From assembly GCA_964579575.1 (NCBI GenBank), contig CAZOGL010000004.1, positions 8,888 through 72,887 of the forward strand: a stretch of 64,000 nt of DNA, in the 5' to 3' direction. This document shows positions 49,317 to 58,561 of the stretch, piece after piece. Position 1 is the stretch's first letter, and the number at the start of each line of letters is the position of its first letter. The position numbers were made by a program, and so were the translations under genes. The notes under the pieces are model-generated. The model did not search any database and was not told the DNA's origin. It was given only the letters and a program-made list of their open reading frames with translations. This DNA is from an uncultured Eggerthellaceae bacterium. Lineage in GTDB: Bacteria > Actinomycetota > Coriobacteriia > Coriobacteriales > Eggerthellaceae.

Positions 49317-51740
49317 ATGAGGCGTCTATATTCATCAGGAGGAGAATGGACGAGGAGCCGTTTTTTTCAACGCGGAGAGCTCTTCATACGTAGCTGTCTC
49401 GCACATGGGGAGCATACAACAACAGATTCGCACATACGTCCCTCCATCCCTCCGGTTCTTCTTTGCTCGCTTGTCGCTTGGGGGGCATGTGCGGCGCTCT
49501 ATACCTTGTTTCGTGACGTGTTAACTGACCTTGTTGTTGTGTTTTTCGTCCTAGGCGTTGTGAGTGGTGTTACCTCTCTTGTTTTGGGGATAAAGACGGG
49601 AAGATTGTTGGTTATGTCGATCCTCCTCGGCCTCGCCATAGGAACCTGCTCAGCTGCAAGTGGAGCATATATCCAACGATGCTTGATGGATACCGTCAAC
49701 GATGGGTCGATTGAAGTCAAGGTGCTTGAGCTACTCGACGATGCGCGCGAATCATCCTTTTCACGTTCCACAACCGCGTATGCCTATGATGGGACGGGAA
49801 ATCGATACAAGGTTCGCGTGTATCTCGACGCGGAGGAGTCGGTTTTGCGCTATGGCCAGGTTCTCAGCATCACCGGGACCATTGCACCGATTTCTGAGCA
49901 AAGCGCGCAATCCTCTTGGACAAATGGAATCATTGGCACCGTCTCTCCTAAAACAATCGTCCCTGGGTCGAGATCGGATCTTTACGGTGGGGTGGTCTCT
50001 GTCAGAAATGCCGCCATCGACGCGATTTATGGCTTAGATGGGTCGGATGAGGCACGTGCGGTTCTTTGCGCCCTGATATGCGGCTACCGTGTTGATCTTT
50101 ACGACAGCGATGCCTACACCGATTTCAAAATCGCCGGTCTTGCACATCTTATAGCGGTGTCGGGATCGCATTTGTCGCTTGTCACAATGCTGGCAGGTTC
50201 GATACTCTCTGCCTTTCGTATCTCAAAAGGTCGAAAGACCCTGTTGCAGGTCATTCTCGTTTTTGGGTACCTCGTATTCGCGGGGATGCCGATATCGGCG
50301 ATTCGCGCGGCCCTCATGGCTAGTGCGTCCCTTATCGCATTCACGGTGCGACGGAGGGGCTCATCGCTTAACGCCCTTGGGGTGTGTTTGCTCGCGTTTA
50401 TAGCCTTCGAGCCCCAATCCGCGGTGTCGACCTCTCTCGCACTTTCCGCCTCCTCGGTACTTGGCATCCTCGTCTTTACGCAGCTATTCTTGGGGTGGAC
50501 CTCCGATGTGAAGATTCCAGCGATGAGGAAGGTTGGGGAGTCGGTCGCAACCACTATGGCCGCAAGCGTCCTATCTGCTTCTTTGTCGGCATGCCTATTC
50601 AACCAACTCCCCATCGTCTCCCCACTTGCCAACCTTGTTGCCGCGCCATTGTTTACGGCGGTATGCATGCTTGGTGTCTTGGCGTCCGTCCTAGCGGTGA
50701 TAGCGCCTCCGATAGGTACGCTGTTGTTGGGTATGGCTCTCGCGATGTGCGAGGTGATGTGCGCAACGATTCACCTCATATCGTCGTTGCCCTTCGCAAG
50801 CATCCCTTTCGTGGGCAATGTCCCCGTTTCGATCGTCATCACTGCGGTTGCGGCAACTCTTTTATGGAGCTGGTGGCCTCGACTGACCGTTTTAGCCACC
50901 AGCATACTGGTAGCAGTTCTTGTCGCTGTATCAGTCGTGTGCCACTCTGTCGGTTCAGCGCAGGCGGGTCTCCAACTTGTCGCGCTCGACGTCGGACAAG
51001 GTGATGCCATCCTTGTGCGGGATGGAGATAGCGCGATTCTTATCGATACGGGCAAGGAGGACCAAAAGCTTTTGGCAGCCTTGGCGAGGGCGGGCATCGT
51101 CCACCTTGACGCGGTGATTTTGACCCATGCTGACGCTGACCACGTCCAGTCCATGAGTGCCCTCATGGGTATGGTGCAGGTGGATTGCGTGATCATCCAC
51201 CGCGACGCTTTGAGCTGTTCTTGCTCAAATTGCGCAGATATGGTTACGAATGCGAAAAAGCTTGTAGGCGACGATTCCGTAAAGGGCGTGTCCGTTGGCG
51301 ATTCGATATCGTGCGGGCGTATCAACCTTTCCGTCATATGGCCGTATCGGTATGAGGATGAGGGGGGCAATTGCGATAGCTTGTGCCTCCTTGCCGACTT
51401 CGACGCCGATGACGACGGTTCCCGCGATGCGCGGGCCCTGTTGTGTGGGGACGCGGAGGATGCCCAGCTCGATGAGATGTATGAGCGCGGGTTGTTGTCG
51501 TCGGTCGATATCTACAAGGTGGGCCACCATGGTTCGAGAAAGGCGATTGATGACGAAACCGCTCGCAAGCTTTCGCCAAAGATTTCTCTCGTCAGCGTCG
51601 GTGCATACAACTCCTACGGACATCCTGCCTCCTCTACCTTGGAGTCATTGCGGCTTGCAGGCTCAAAGGTGTATCGCACCGACGAGTCGGGGGATATCGT
51701 GTGCACCATAGGGATACGCTCCGTTTCTGTCTCTCCTTGA
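49317..51740 (+). CDS. comEC: DNA internalization competence protein ComEC/Rec2
   Basis: 807 aa. Polytopic competence domain plus a C-terminal metallo-beta-lactamase domain (LTHADADH). The start is uncertain because I see no clear RBS. Confidence 0.88.
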   Translation: MRRLYSSGGEWTRSRFFQRGELFIRSCLAHGEHTTTDSHIRPSIPPVLLCSLVAWGACAALYTLFRDVLTDLVVVFFVLGVVSGVTSLVLGIKTGRLLVMSILLGLAIGTCSAASGAYIQRCLMDTVNDGSIEVKVLELLDDARESSFSRSTTAYAYDGTGNRYKVRVYLDAEESVLRYGQVLSITGTIAPISEQSAQSSWTNGIIGTVSPKTIVPGSRSDLYGGVVSVRNAAIDAIYGLDGSDEARAVLCALICGYRVDLYDSDAYTDFKIAGLAHLIAVSGSHLSLVTMLAGSILSAFRISKGRKTLLQVILVFGYLVFAGMPISAIRAALMASASLIAFTVRRRGSSLNALGVCLLAFIAFEPQSAVSTSLALSASSVLGILVFTQLFLGWTSDVKIPAMRKVGESVATTMAASVLSASLSACLFNQLPIVSPLANLVAAPLFTAVCMLGVLASVLAVIAPPIGTLLLGMALAMCEVMCATIHLISSLPFASIPFVGNVPVSIVITAVAATLLWSWWPRLTVLATSILVAVLVAVSVVCHSVGSAQAGLQLVALDVGQGDAILVRDGDSAILIDTGKEDQKLLAALARAGIVHLDAVILTHADADHVQSMSALMGMVQVDCVIIHRDALSCSCSNCADMVTNAKKLVGDDSVKGVSVGDSISCGRINLSVIWPYRYEDEGGNCDSLCLLADFDADDDGSRDARALLCGDAEDAQLDEMYERGLLSSVDIYKVGHHGSRKAIDDETARKLSPKISLVSVGAYNSYGHPASSTLESLRLAGSKVYRTDESGDIVCTIGIRSVSVSP

Positions 51741-51777
51741 GCCGGGGGAAGGCTCCGTTTTTGTCTCTCCCCGAGCT
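51717..51777. repeat. Near-exact tandem duplication of the last 24-27 nt of comEC
   Basis: cgctccgtttctgtctctccTTGAgcc (51717-51743) against ggctccgtttttgtctctccCCGAgct (51751-51777), about 22 of 27 identical. The stop TGA becomes CGA in the copy. Confidence 0.85.
51739..51762 (+). terminator. Weak candidate terminator after comEC
   Basis: gagcc-GGGGGAA-ggctc, then cgttttt. The hairpin is formed between the stop-codon region and the start of the duplicated copy. Confidence 0.35.
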
Positions 51778-51873
51778 TGAGAAGACTTTGGACAGAGTTG
51801 CTATAATGCGAAGACGGTGAGCTTGTTGCTTTCCCGCATGCGTTTCTTGAGAGATTTTGAGAGAGGGGGGTCT

Positions 51874-52857
51874 ATGGCGACTTCAAAACCGCTTCTTCCT
51901 GCATATCTGACCGTGGGAGAGGACCAATTGAAACGAAACGCCGTTCTCGCCCGCCTTCGATCTCGGCTCGATAAAGAGGGGGCCCTTGCGTTTAACTACG
52001 ACAAGTTCGACGGGGAGACCGCAACGGGTACGGAGATCGTGCTTGCGGCAAACACCATACCCTTTGCAAGCGATATGCGCCTTGTGGAGGTAGCCCATGC
52101 CGACAAGTTGCGCAAAGCGGACAGCGAGGAGCTTGTTTCCTACCTGCAAAACCCCAGCTCCTCGACCGTTGTCATCCTCGATGCCGATAAGCTCGCCAAG
52201 AATACCCGCTTGTACAAGGCGGTCGTCGCTCTTGGTAAGTCGGCTGTCATCGAATGCGCACAAAAAAAGGAAGCCGAACTGGTCGGAATGGTCCGCGAGC
52301 TCGGCCAAGGATATGGCGTACCCTTTAGCGAGGGTGCCGCTCGGAAACTTATCGAGCTGATAGGCACGAACACGGTCGCGCTTGACGCAGAGGTCAAAAA
52401 GATTTCTTTGGCGCACCAAGGCTCAAAGGCGATCTCGGTCCGCGAGGTCGATTCTCTTGTCGTTCGCAAATCCGAGGCAAAGCCTTGGGAGTTTGTCGAT
52501 GCTTTTGCCGCACGCGATCTCAAAAGGTGTCTGATCTTGCTTGACACTATGAAATCGGTCTCAACGTTTGTATTGTTGCCGTCCTGCGCTAATCGTCTCC
52601 GTGAGCTCATATGCGTCCAATCCCTCACCAAAAGGGGAGCCTCCACCGATATCCCCAAAGAAATCGGAACACTTCGTAAGCGTTCTGTCCAAGCCTGGCA
52701 GATAAAAAATCATGCCACGTGGGCAAGAAATTGGAAGCCAGAAGAATTGCGGGGGGCATTGAAGCTCGCGCGGGAGTGTGAGCGCGCAATCAAGACTGGC
52801 TCCAACGACCGGGAGACGTTCAAAGACTGGCTTATGGCGGTCGTGCCCAAGCGCTGA
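51874..52857 (+). CDS. holA: DNA polymerase III delta subunit
   Basis: ATG at 51874 after GAGGGGGG. Conserved comEC-holA / rpsT(-) arrangement. About 327 aa. Confidence 0.85.
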   Translation: MATSKPLLPAYLTVGEDQLKRNAVLARLRSRLDKEGALAFNYDKFDGETATGTEIVLAANTIPFASDMRLVEVAHADKLRKADSEELVSYLQNPSSSTVVILDADKLAKNTRLYKAVVALGKSAVIECAQKKEAELVGMVRELGQGYGVPFSEGAARKLIELIGTNTVALDAEVKKISLAHQGSKAISVREVDSLVVRKSEAKPWEFVDAFAARDLKRCLILLDTMKSVSTFVLLPSCANRLRELICVQSLTKRGASTDIPKEIGTLRKRSVQAWQIKNHATWARNWKPEELRGALKLARECERAIKTGSNDRETFKDWLMAVVPKR

Positions 52858-52909
52858 CAACTCACCGCCGAAACGCTGGCAACCCCATAAACAATCCCTT
52901 AAAAGTAGC

Positions 52910-53008
52910 GGGCGCGGCAACGTAATAGTTGGGCCTTGTAGCGTAATCGGGTGCGACAACTTACGTTGGGTGTGACAATGTAGTAGTTGGGCCACGCAAC
53001 GTAACGCC
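52910..53008. repeat. Five tandem diverged 18-21-nt units downstream of holA
   Basis: gggcgcggcaacgtaatagtt / gggccttgtagcgtaatc / gggtgcgacaacttacgtt / gggtgtgacaatgtagtagtt / gggccacgcaacgtaacgcc. Related to the gene end aagcgcTGAcaac (52849-52861) and to aaacgctggcaac (52871-52883). Confidence 0.8.
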
Positions 53009-53030
53009 TCTTGACAATGCCTTTCTCATA

Positions 53031-53061
53031 TTAAAAATAGGGCCCTCCGAAGAGGGCCCTA
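53031..53061 (-). terminator. Intrinsic terminator of rpsT; the hairpin could also serve holA
   Basis: Perfect 10-bp stem tagggccctc-CGAA-gagggcccta. On the - strand it is followed by TTTTTAA. Confidence 0.8.
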
Positions 53062-53107
53062 TGATCAACAGTTCGTACAAGTTCTCGTACGGAGTTCGTT
53101 GAGCGAA

Positions 53108-53611
53108 TTACTCAGCTTCCTCCGAGGTCTCCTCGGCGGTCTCAGCCTTAGCAGCCTCAGCAGCAGCCTTGGCCTTGCGAGCGGCAGCCTTGGCAACAGC
53201 CTTTTCATGAGCTTTGCGACGGGCGTCCTTCTCAGCGTTGGCGACCTTGTAGGCCTCCTGCTTTGCAGCGAACTTCGCAGCCTTCTTGTTGCCCGTGGTG
53301 GCAGGCTGCTTGGCCTCAGGCTTGGTGTAGGCGGCGATGTCCTCGGCGGTAACGATGGTGTTGGCGAGAGCCATGACACCGGACTTGCGGTTAGCGGCTT
53401 GGTTCTTGTGGATGATGCCCTTGGAAGCAGCCTTGTCGAGCAGACGGCAAGCCTTGACGGCACATGCGTAAGCCTCGGCACCGTTGCCAGCGGCCACTGC
53501 CTCGCGGACGCGACGAACGGCGGTCTTCAGCTCGGCCTTGTAGGCACGATTGCGCTGACGGGACTTCTCTGCGGTGATGATACGCTTCTTCTGGCTCTTG
53601 ATATTTGCCAT
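53108..53611 (-). CDS. rpsT: 30S ribosomal protein S20 with long Ala/Lys-rich C-terminal extension
   Basis: [11 protein letters not shown] start at 53611, 6 nt after GGAGG. 167 aa, against about 87 aa for typical S20. Confidence 0.9.
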   Translation of the reverse strand: MANIKSQKKRIITAEKSRQRNRAYKAELKTAVRRVREAVAAGNGAEAYACAVKACRLLDKAASKGIIHKNQAANRKSGVMALANTIVTAEDIAAYTKPEAKQPATTGNKKAAKFAAKQEAYKVANAEKDARRKAHEKAVAKAAARKAKAAAEAAKAETAEETSEEAE

Positions 53612-54033
53612 GATAATCCTCCAATACTTGGACGTGTGGTACATTCACGCTTCAAGCAACGGGGGAGTGGAGATGCGGCTTCGTTACTGCTGGTTAACCG
53701 ATTGCAGCATGCAAGCCCGCTTAGGGACATGCGCCTTTAGGCGGCATTCTTGCTGTGCCTATTGAAGCGGTCGGGATTTCCCAGCTTCTGGACCAATCGG
53801 TCACTCAGCAATAACGAACCCTTGTTGCGGCCACGTCCGCAGGTTGGCAAAGCCAATGTCGTTGCTGAACACGCGTCTAAACAGATTACCAAACCTTGAT
53901 GGGTATGTCACGAGGAAATTTGCGCTCGATCCAAAAAGTTTGGCCCGTCGAGTGAGGCGGCAGAGGGTCTTTACGGGGGAGTATACGCTATAATAGTTCG
54001 GCTAAAGACAATACCTATTCTTTGAGAGCGACG

Positions 54034-55845
54034 ATGATCAAGACAGCATCCCACATCCGTAATTTCAGCATCATTGCCCATATCGATCACGGCAAGTCCA
54101 CTCTTTCTGACCGCATCCTCGAGATGACGGGGACCGTGGCAAGTCGTGATATGAAGGAACAGCTGCTTGACAGCATGGACATCGAACGTGAGCGCGGCAT
54201 TACCATCAAAAGTCAAGCGGTTCGCGTCGAATACGAGGCGGACGACGGCGAGACCTACCAGCTCAACCTCATCGACACCCCGGGCCATGTGGACTTCACC
54301 TATGAGGTGAGTCGTAGCCTCGCGGCTTGTGAGGGGGCGGTTTGCGTCGTCGATGCGACCCAAGGTGTCGAGGCCCAAACCGTAGCAAACGCGATGCTCG
54401 CCATGAACAACAACCTCGAGATCATTCCCCTGATCAACAAGATCGACCTCCCAAGCGCCGAGCCTGAGCGAGTTCGTGCAGAAATCGAGGACGGCCTTGC
54501 TATCCCCGCCGATGACGCGGTGCTCGCAAGCGGCAAGACGGGGGCTGGCGTACACGACCTTCTCGAATCCGTCGTCTACAACATCCCCGCTCCTCAAGGA
54601 GACCCCGATGCTCCCCTCAAGGCGCTCATCTTCGACTCTTATTTCGATGCCTATCGCGGCGTGGTCGCGCTTATTCGCGTCGTTGACGGAAGTGTCAAGA
54701 AGGGCGACAAGATCCGCATGATGGCCACCGGCACCGAGACCCTCGTCGAGGAGGTGGGCGCCCGTCGTCCGGCCGAGGTCGCGATGCCCTCGCTAACATT
54801 CGGAGAGGTCGGATACCTCGTCACGGGTCTCAAGGACGTATCGCGATGCAAGACCGGCGATACCATCACATTGGCCGTAGACGGTGCGACCGAGGCACTT
54901 CCCGGGTATCGCGAAGCCAAACCCATGGTCTACACGGGTTTGTTCCCCATTGAATCCGACCAATACGAACCGCTCAAGGAAGCGCTCGAGAAGCTCGTCC
55001 TGAACGATCCCGCCCTTGTGTGGGAACCTGAGACCTCCATCGCGCTCGGTTTCGGATTCCGCGTCGGATTTCTTGGCCTTCTTCACATGGAGGTCGTCAA
55101 GGAGCGCCTCGAACGTGAGTTCAACCTCGACCTCCTTGCAACGGCACCAAGCGTTGAATATCACGTCTACATGCGCCGCGACTCGGATGAGTACCTCACC
55201 ATTCGCAGTCCTCAGGAGATGCCCGACGCGGGTACCTATGACCATATCGAGGAGCCGTTCCTCAAGGCAAAGATACTTGTCCCGCCCGAGTATGTGGGTG
55301 CGGTCATGGAGCTCACCTCCCAACGTCGTGGCCAGTTCATCAACATGAACTACATCTCCGCGACAACGGTTGAGCAGATTTGGGAGATACCCCTCTCCGA
55401 GCTAATCATGGACTACTTCGACAAACTCAAATCCAACACGAAGGGCTATGCGAGCCTTGATTACGAGTTCTCCTGCTACAAACCGGGCGATCTCCAAAAA
55501 CTCGACATCCTTTTGTCGGGAAAGCCCATCGACGCGCTCTCCTTCATCGTCCACAAGGACAAGGCCTATGAGCGCGGGCGCGTGCTTTGCGAGAAGCTCA
55601 AGGAGATCATCCCTCGCCAGATGTTCGAAGTTCCGATCCAAGCAGCCGTCGGAGGTCGTGTCCTTTCTCGTCAAACGGTCAAGGCGAAGCGCAAGGACGT
55701 TCTCGCGAAATGCTATGGCGGCGACATCTCCCGTAAGCGCAAGTTGCTAGAGAAGCAAAAGGCTGGCAAGAAGCGTATGAAGGCCATTGGAAACGTCGAG
55801 GTTCCCCAAGAGGCGTTTATGGCGATTTTGAAGGTCGATGATTAG
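54034..55845 (+). CDS. lepA: Elongation factor 4 (LepA)
   Basis: [29 protein letters not shown], and the LepA-specific C-terminal domain. The TTG at 54022 is an alternative start. Confidence 0.96.
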   Translation: MIKTASHIRNFSIIAHIDHGKSTLSDRILEMTGTVASRDMKEQLLDSMDIERERGITIKSQAVRVEYEADDGETYQLNLIDTPGHVDFTYEVSRSLAACEGAVCVVDATQGVEAQTVANAMLAMNNNLEIIPLINKIDLPSAEPERVRAEIEDGLAIPADDAVLASGKTGAGVHDLLESVVYNIPAPQGDPDAPLKALIFDSYFDAYRGVVALIRVVDGSVKKGDKIRMMATGTETLVEEVGARRPAEVAMPSLTFGEVGYLVTGLKDVSRCKTGDTITLAVDGATEALPGYREAKPMVYTGLFPIESDQYEPLKEALEKLVLNDPALVWEPETSIALGFGFRVGFLGLLHMEVVKERLEREFNLDLLATAPSVEYHVYMRRDSDEYLTIRSPQEMPDAGTYDHIEEPFLKAKILVPPEYVGAVMELTSQRRGQFINMNYISATTVEQIWEIPLSELIMDYFDKLKSNTKGYASLDYEFSCYKPGDLQKLDILLSGKPIDALSFIVHKDKAYERGRVLCEKLKEIIPRQMFEVPIQAAVGGRVLSRQTVKAKRKDVLAKCYGGDISRKRKLLEKQKAGKKRMKAIGNVEVPQEAFMAILKVDD

Positions 55846-56048
55846 TGGCAAAGGACGATTACAACTGGCTCGACGATCCGTTTGACCCGGAAAAGCAAGC
55901 CCAAGACGAAGAGGAGTTGACCCGTGCGAAAAACAACGGGCTTCTTATCCTGACTCTCGTCATCATTGCTGCTATTGTCGTCGGCGTCCTCGTTTTTTTC
56001 TTTGGCAGCATATTACTCGACCTGAGCGTCAACGGCTTTGCTCGATAG
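55845..56048 (+). CDS. Hypothetical small membrane protein (67 aa)
   Basis: The GTG overlaps the lepA stop (TAGTG). Acidic N-terminus followed by one transmembrane helix (LLILTLVIIAAIVVGVLVFFFGSILL). Confidence 0.4.
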   Translation: MAKDDYNWLDDPFDPEKQAQDEEELTRAKNNGLLILTLVIIAAIVVGVLVFFFGSILLDLSVNGFAR

Positions 56049-56055
56049 GGTCGCC

Positions 56056-57093
56056 ATGTCTCGTTTCGACCTATTTCCGTTCTTTGAGAACCATCGGGTG
56101 ATCCTTGCTCCCATGGCGGGTGTAACCGACGAGGCGATGCGTGCGCTTTGTCTCGAGGCGGGAGCGGACCTCACTTATACGGAGATGGTCTCGGCAAAAG
56201 CGCTCTCGTTTGCCAACGAGAAGACCCGCCATCTGCTCACCATGGCGCCTGGAGAGAAAATCGTCGCAGTCCAAATGTTCGGTCACGAACCTGAGGTCAT
56301 GGCGAAAGAGGCGGCCTGGATTGCCGAATCCATGGGGGAGCGGCTCGCTTACCTCGACATCAATATGGGGTGTCCCGCTCGCAAGATTGCAGGGAAGGGG
56401 GACGGATCAGCTCTCATGCGCGAACCTGCGCTTGCGGCTCGTATCGTCAGTTCGGTAGTAGCAGCTGTCGATGTTCCGGTGACGTGCAAGTTTCGTCGTG
56501 GGTTCTCCGAGGGTGACGAGACCGCCCCCGAATTTGCCCGCGTCCTCGAACAAGCGGGCGCGTCCGCCCTTGCTGTCCACGGTCGGTATGCCCAACAGAT
56601 GTATCGCGGTTGTGCCGATTGGGGCGCCATAAGGCGCGTCAAAGAAGCCGTCTCAATACCGGTGATAGGAAACGGGGACGTGCGCAGCGGATCCGATGCT
56701 GTTAACCTCATGAGGGAGACTGGGTGTGATGCCGTTATGATCGGCCGTGCGGCGCAGGGCAACCCTTGGGTGTTCTCCGAGGTGAAATCAGCTCTTGCAG
56801 GCTCTACTACGCAGGCCAAACCCACGTTCGAGGAGCGAATCGCCATGGCGCGCCGTCACGCGTCGTTGTTAGAGAAACGCGAAGGTCGCAACATCGTGCG
56901 CATGCGAAAACATGCGGCTTGGTACATGAGCGGTTTGCCAGGAGCCAGTATGGCGCGCGGCAAGTTCAACCGATGCGTGACCCTCGATGATTTCAACGCG
57001 GTCTTCGATGAGGTCCTTACCTATGCTATAACGTTCTATGACCAACACCCCGAACTTCTTAGAGGCAGAATCGAGGGAGCATCCAATGCGTAA
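56056..57093 (+). CDS. dus: tRNA-dihydrouridine synthase (DusB-like)
   Basis: Start at the ATG at 56056. Motifs LAPMAGVTD and DINMGCP. Confidence 0.9.
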   Translation: MSRFDLFPFFENHRVILAPMAGVTDEAMRALCLEAGADLTYTEMVSAKALSFANEKTRHLLTMAPGEKIVAVQMFGHEPEVMAKEAAWIAESMGERLAYLDINMGCPARKIAGKGDGSALMREPALAARIVSSVVAAVDVPVTCKFRRGFSEGDETAPEFARVLEQAGASALAVHGRYAQQMYRGCADWGAIRRVKEAVSIPVIGNGDVRSGSDAVNLMRETGCDAVMIGRAAQGNPWVFSEVKSALAGSTTQAKPTFEERIAMARRHASLLEKREGRNIVRMRKHAAWYMSGLPGASMARGKFNRCVTLDDFNAVFDEVLTYAITFYDQHPELLRGRIEGASNA

Positions 57094-57292
57094 GAAAAAC
57101 CTGATCAGTCCCGTCCTTTTTGCTGGCGCTGCCGCATTCGCATGCGCAGCGATTGCGTGCGCCCGTGGTGCCATCATCGTAGCCTCTCGCCAATACGGCA
57201 AGTCAGGTTATACGACCATCCCCTCCATTGACGCCTCCGAGGCGCAAAAGAAAATCTCAGGCGGCGCAGGAGGAGCCAACCATGCCTCATGA
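57086..57292 (+). CDS. Hypothetical small protein with signal/lipoprotein-like N-terminus (68 aa)
   Basis: ATG at 57086 after GAGGGAG. It overlaps the dus stop, and hemW overlaps its own end. N-terminus MRKKNLISPVLFAGAAAFACAAIAC. Confidence 0.35.
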   Translation: MRKKNLISPVLFAGAAAFACAAIACARGAIIVASRQYGKSGYTTIPSIDASEAQKKISGGAGGANHAS

Positions 57293-58517
57293 TCCCTACA
57301 AGGCTCTCTACCTCCACATTCCCTTTTGTGTCAAGAAGTGCGACTACTGCGATTTCACCTCATTTAGCATTCCGCGCGACCACAAGGAGATCGACGAGTA
57401 TATCGAGCAGCTTGTCATACAAATTCGCCGAAAGGCCAAAGAAGGGGAGTTGGCCCATCTCGAGACCGTCTATATCGGCGGCGGAACACCGAGCTATATC
57501 GGGCAAAGTCGCCTGAGCAGCCTTCTGTATGCCCTGAGTCTTAGCATGCGCCTTGAGCCTGATGTCGAATGTACCATGGAGGCAAATCCGGAAAGCATCA
57601 CTCCCGAGCTTATTCGTGACGTGTACGCCCTTGGAGTAAACCGCCTTTCCATCGGTGTCCAAAGTTTCGACGATGAGGTCCTCAAGATTTTGGGGCGGGC
57701 CCATGACTCCTCGAAGGCAGACGAGGCGATACGGTATGCCCTTGAGCGGTTTGACAACGTGAGTATTGATCTTATGTGCGGAGTTCCTAGTCAGACGCTG
57801 GAGTCCTTTGAGCACTCCGTTCGTCACGCCATAGAGTCGGGTGTTGCCCATGTGAGCATCTACCCTTTAACCATTGAGAAGAGAACGCCGTTTGCCAAGG
57901 CGGTTCGTCGCGGTAAATTGCCTTATCCGGACGACGATGTTCAAGCATCCTGCATGGAGCGGGCTGCGCAGCTTCTTGATGAGGCGGGTTTTCATCGTTA
58001 TGAGGTCGCAAGCTATGCCAAGCCAGGGTTTGAGTGTCGTCACAATATCTCATATTGGACGGGAAAGCCCTATCTCGGCCTTGGCACCGGCGCTACAACC
58101 ATGACCCAAAACGCCGAGCGACGCATGCGAGAGAAGGACGGCTATATCGCCGATGACCTCGACGCCGCCCAGATGTGCGCGGAAGACCTCATGCTTGGCA
58201 TGCGCATGAGCAAAGGGGTGTCCGTCGGGATGGTGAGGGAGAGCTCTGAGCTCTTGCCCGATGCTCCCTCCGTCTTCATGAAGTTGTGTAGATTGGGTCT
58301 TGTGTCGCTTATTTCCCCAGAGCATGGTATTATCGCCCAAGCGAAGAGCGATACCCTCGGTGCCATGGATGCAGACATGGTCGATGCGAATGGTAATCCA
58401 GTCGATGTGGCTATTTGTGCTGACAACGCTTCCGACGACGATCGCTTTGCACCTACCCAGCTTGGCTGGCTTTGCGGCAATGAGCTTTATGGCCGTATTT
58501 TCGAGCTTGCCCCGTAA
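57282..58517 (+). CDS. hemW: Radical SAM heme chaperone HemW / coproporphyrinogen III oxidase-like protein
   Basis: ATG at 57282 after AGGAGGAG. CVKKCDYCDF cluster motif. Conserved neighbourhood with lepA. Confidence 0.88.
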   Translation: MPHDPYKALYLHIPFCVKKCDYCDFTSFSIPRDHKEIDEYIEQLVIQIRRKAKEGELAHLETVYIGGGTPSYIGQSRLSSLLYALSLSMRLEPDVECTMEANPESITPELIRDVYALGVNRLSIGVQSFDDEVLKILGRAHDSSKADEAIRYALERFDNVSIDLMCGVPSQTLESFEHSVRHAIESGVAHVSIYPLTIEKRTPFAKAVRRGKLPYPDDDVQASCMERAAQLLDEAGFHRYEVASYAKPGFECRHNISYWTGKPYLGLGTGATTMTQNAERRMREKDGYIADDLDAAQMCAEDLMLGMRMSKGVSVGMVRESSELLPDAPSVFMKLCRLGLVSLISPEHGIIAQAKSDTLGAMDADMVDANGNPVDVAICADNASDDDRFAPTQLGWLCGNELYGRIFELAP

Positions 58518-58561
58518 TACACGAAGCTTGCTTGACCTATACCTCGAGAAAAGGAGAACAG

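Noticed and set aside
53099-53740. 213-aa + strand ORF (Leu/Gly/Ser-rich) and the 63-aa ORF at 53574-53765.
   Set aside because: These are mirror images of rpsT on the opposite strand. The - strand frame gives a canonical S20 N-terminus with a good SD.
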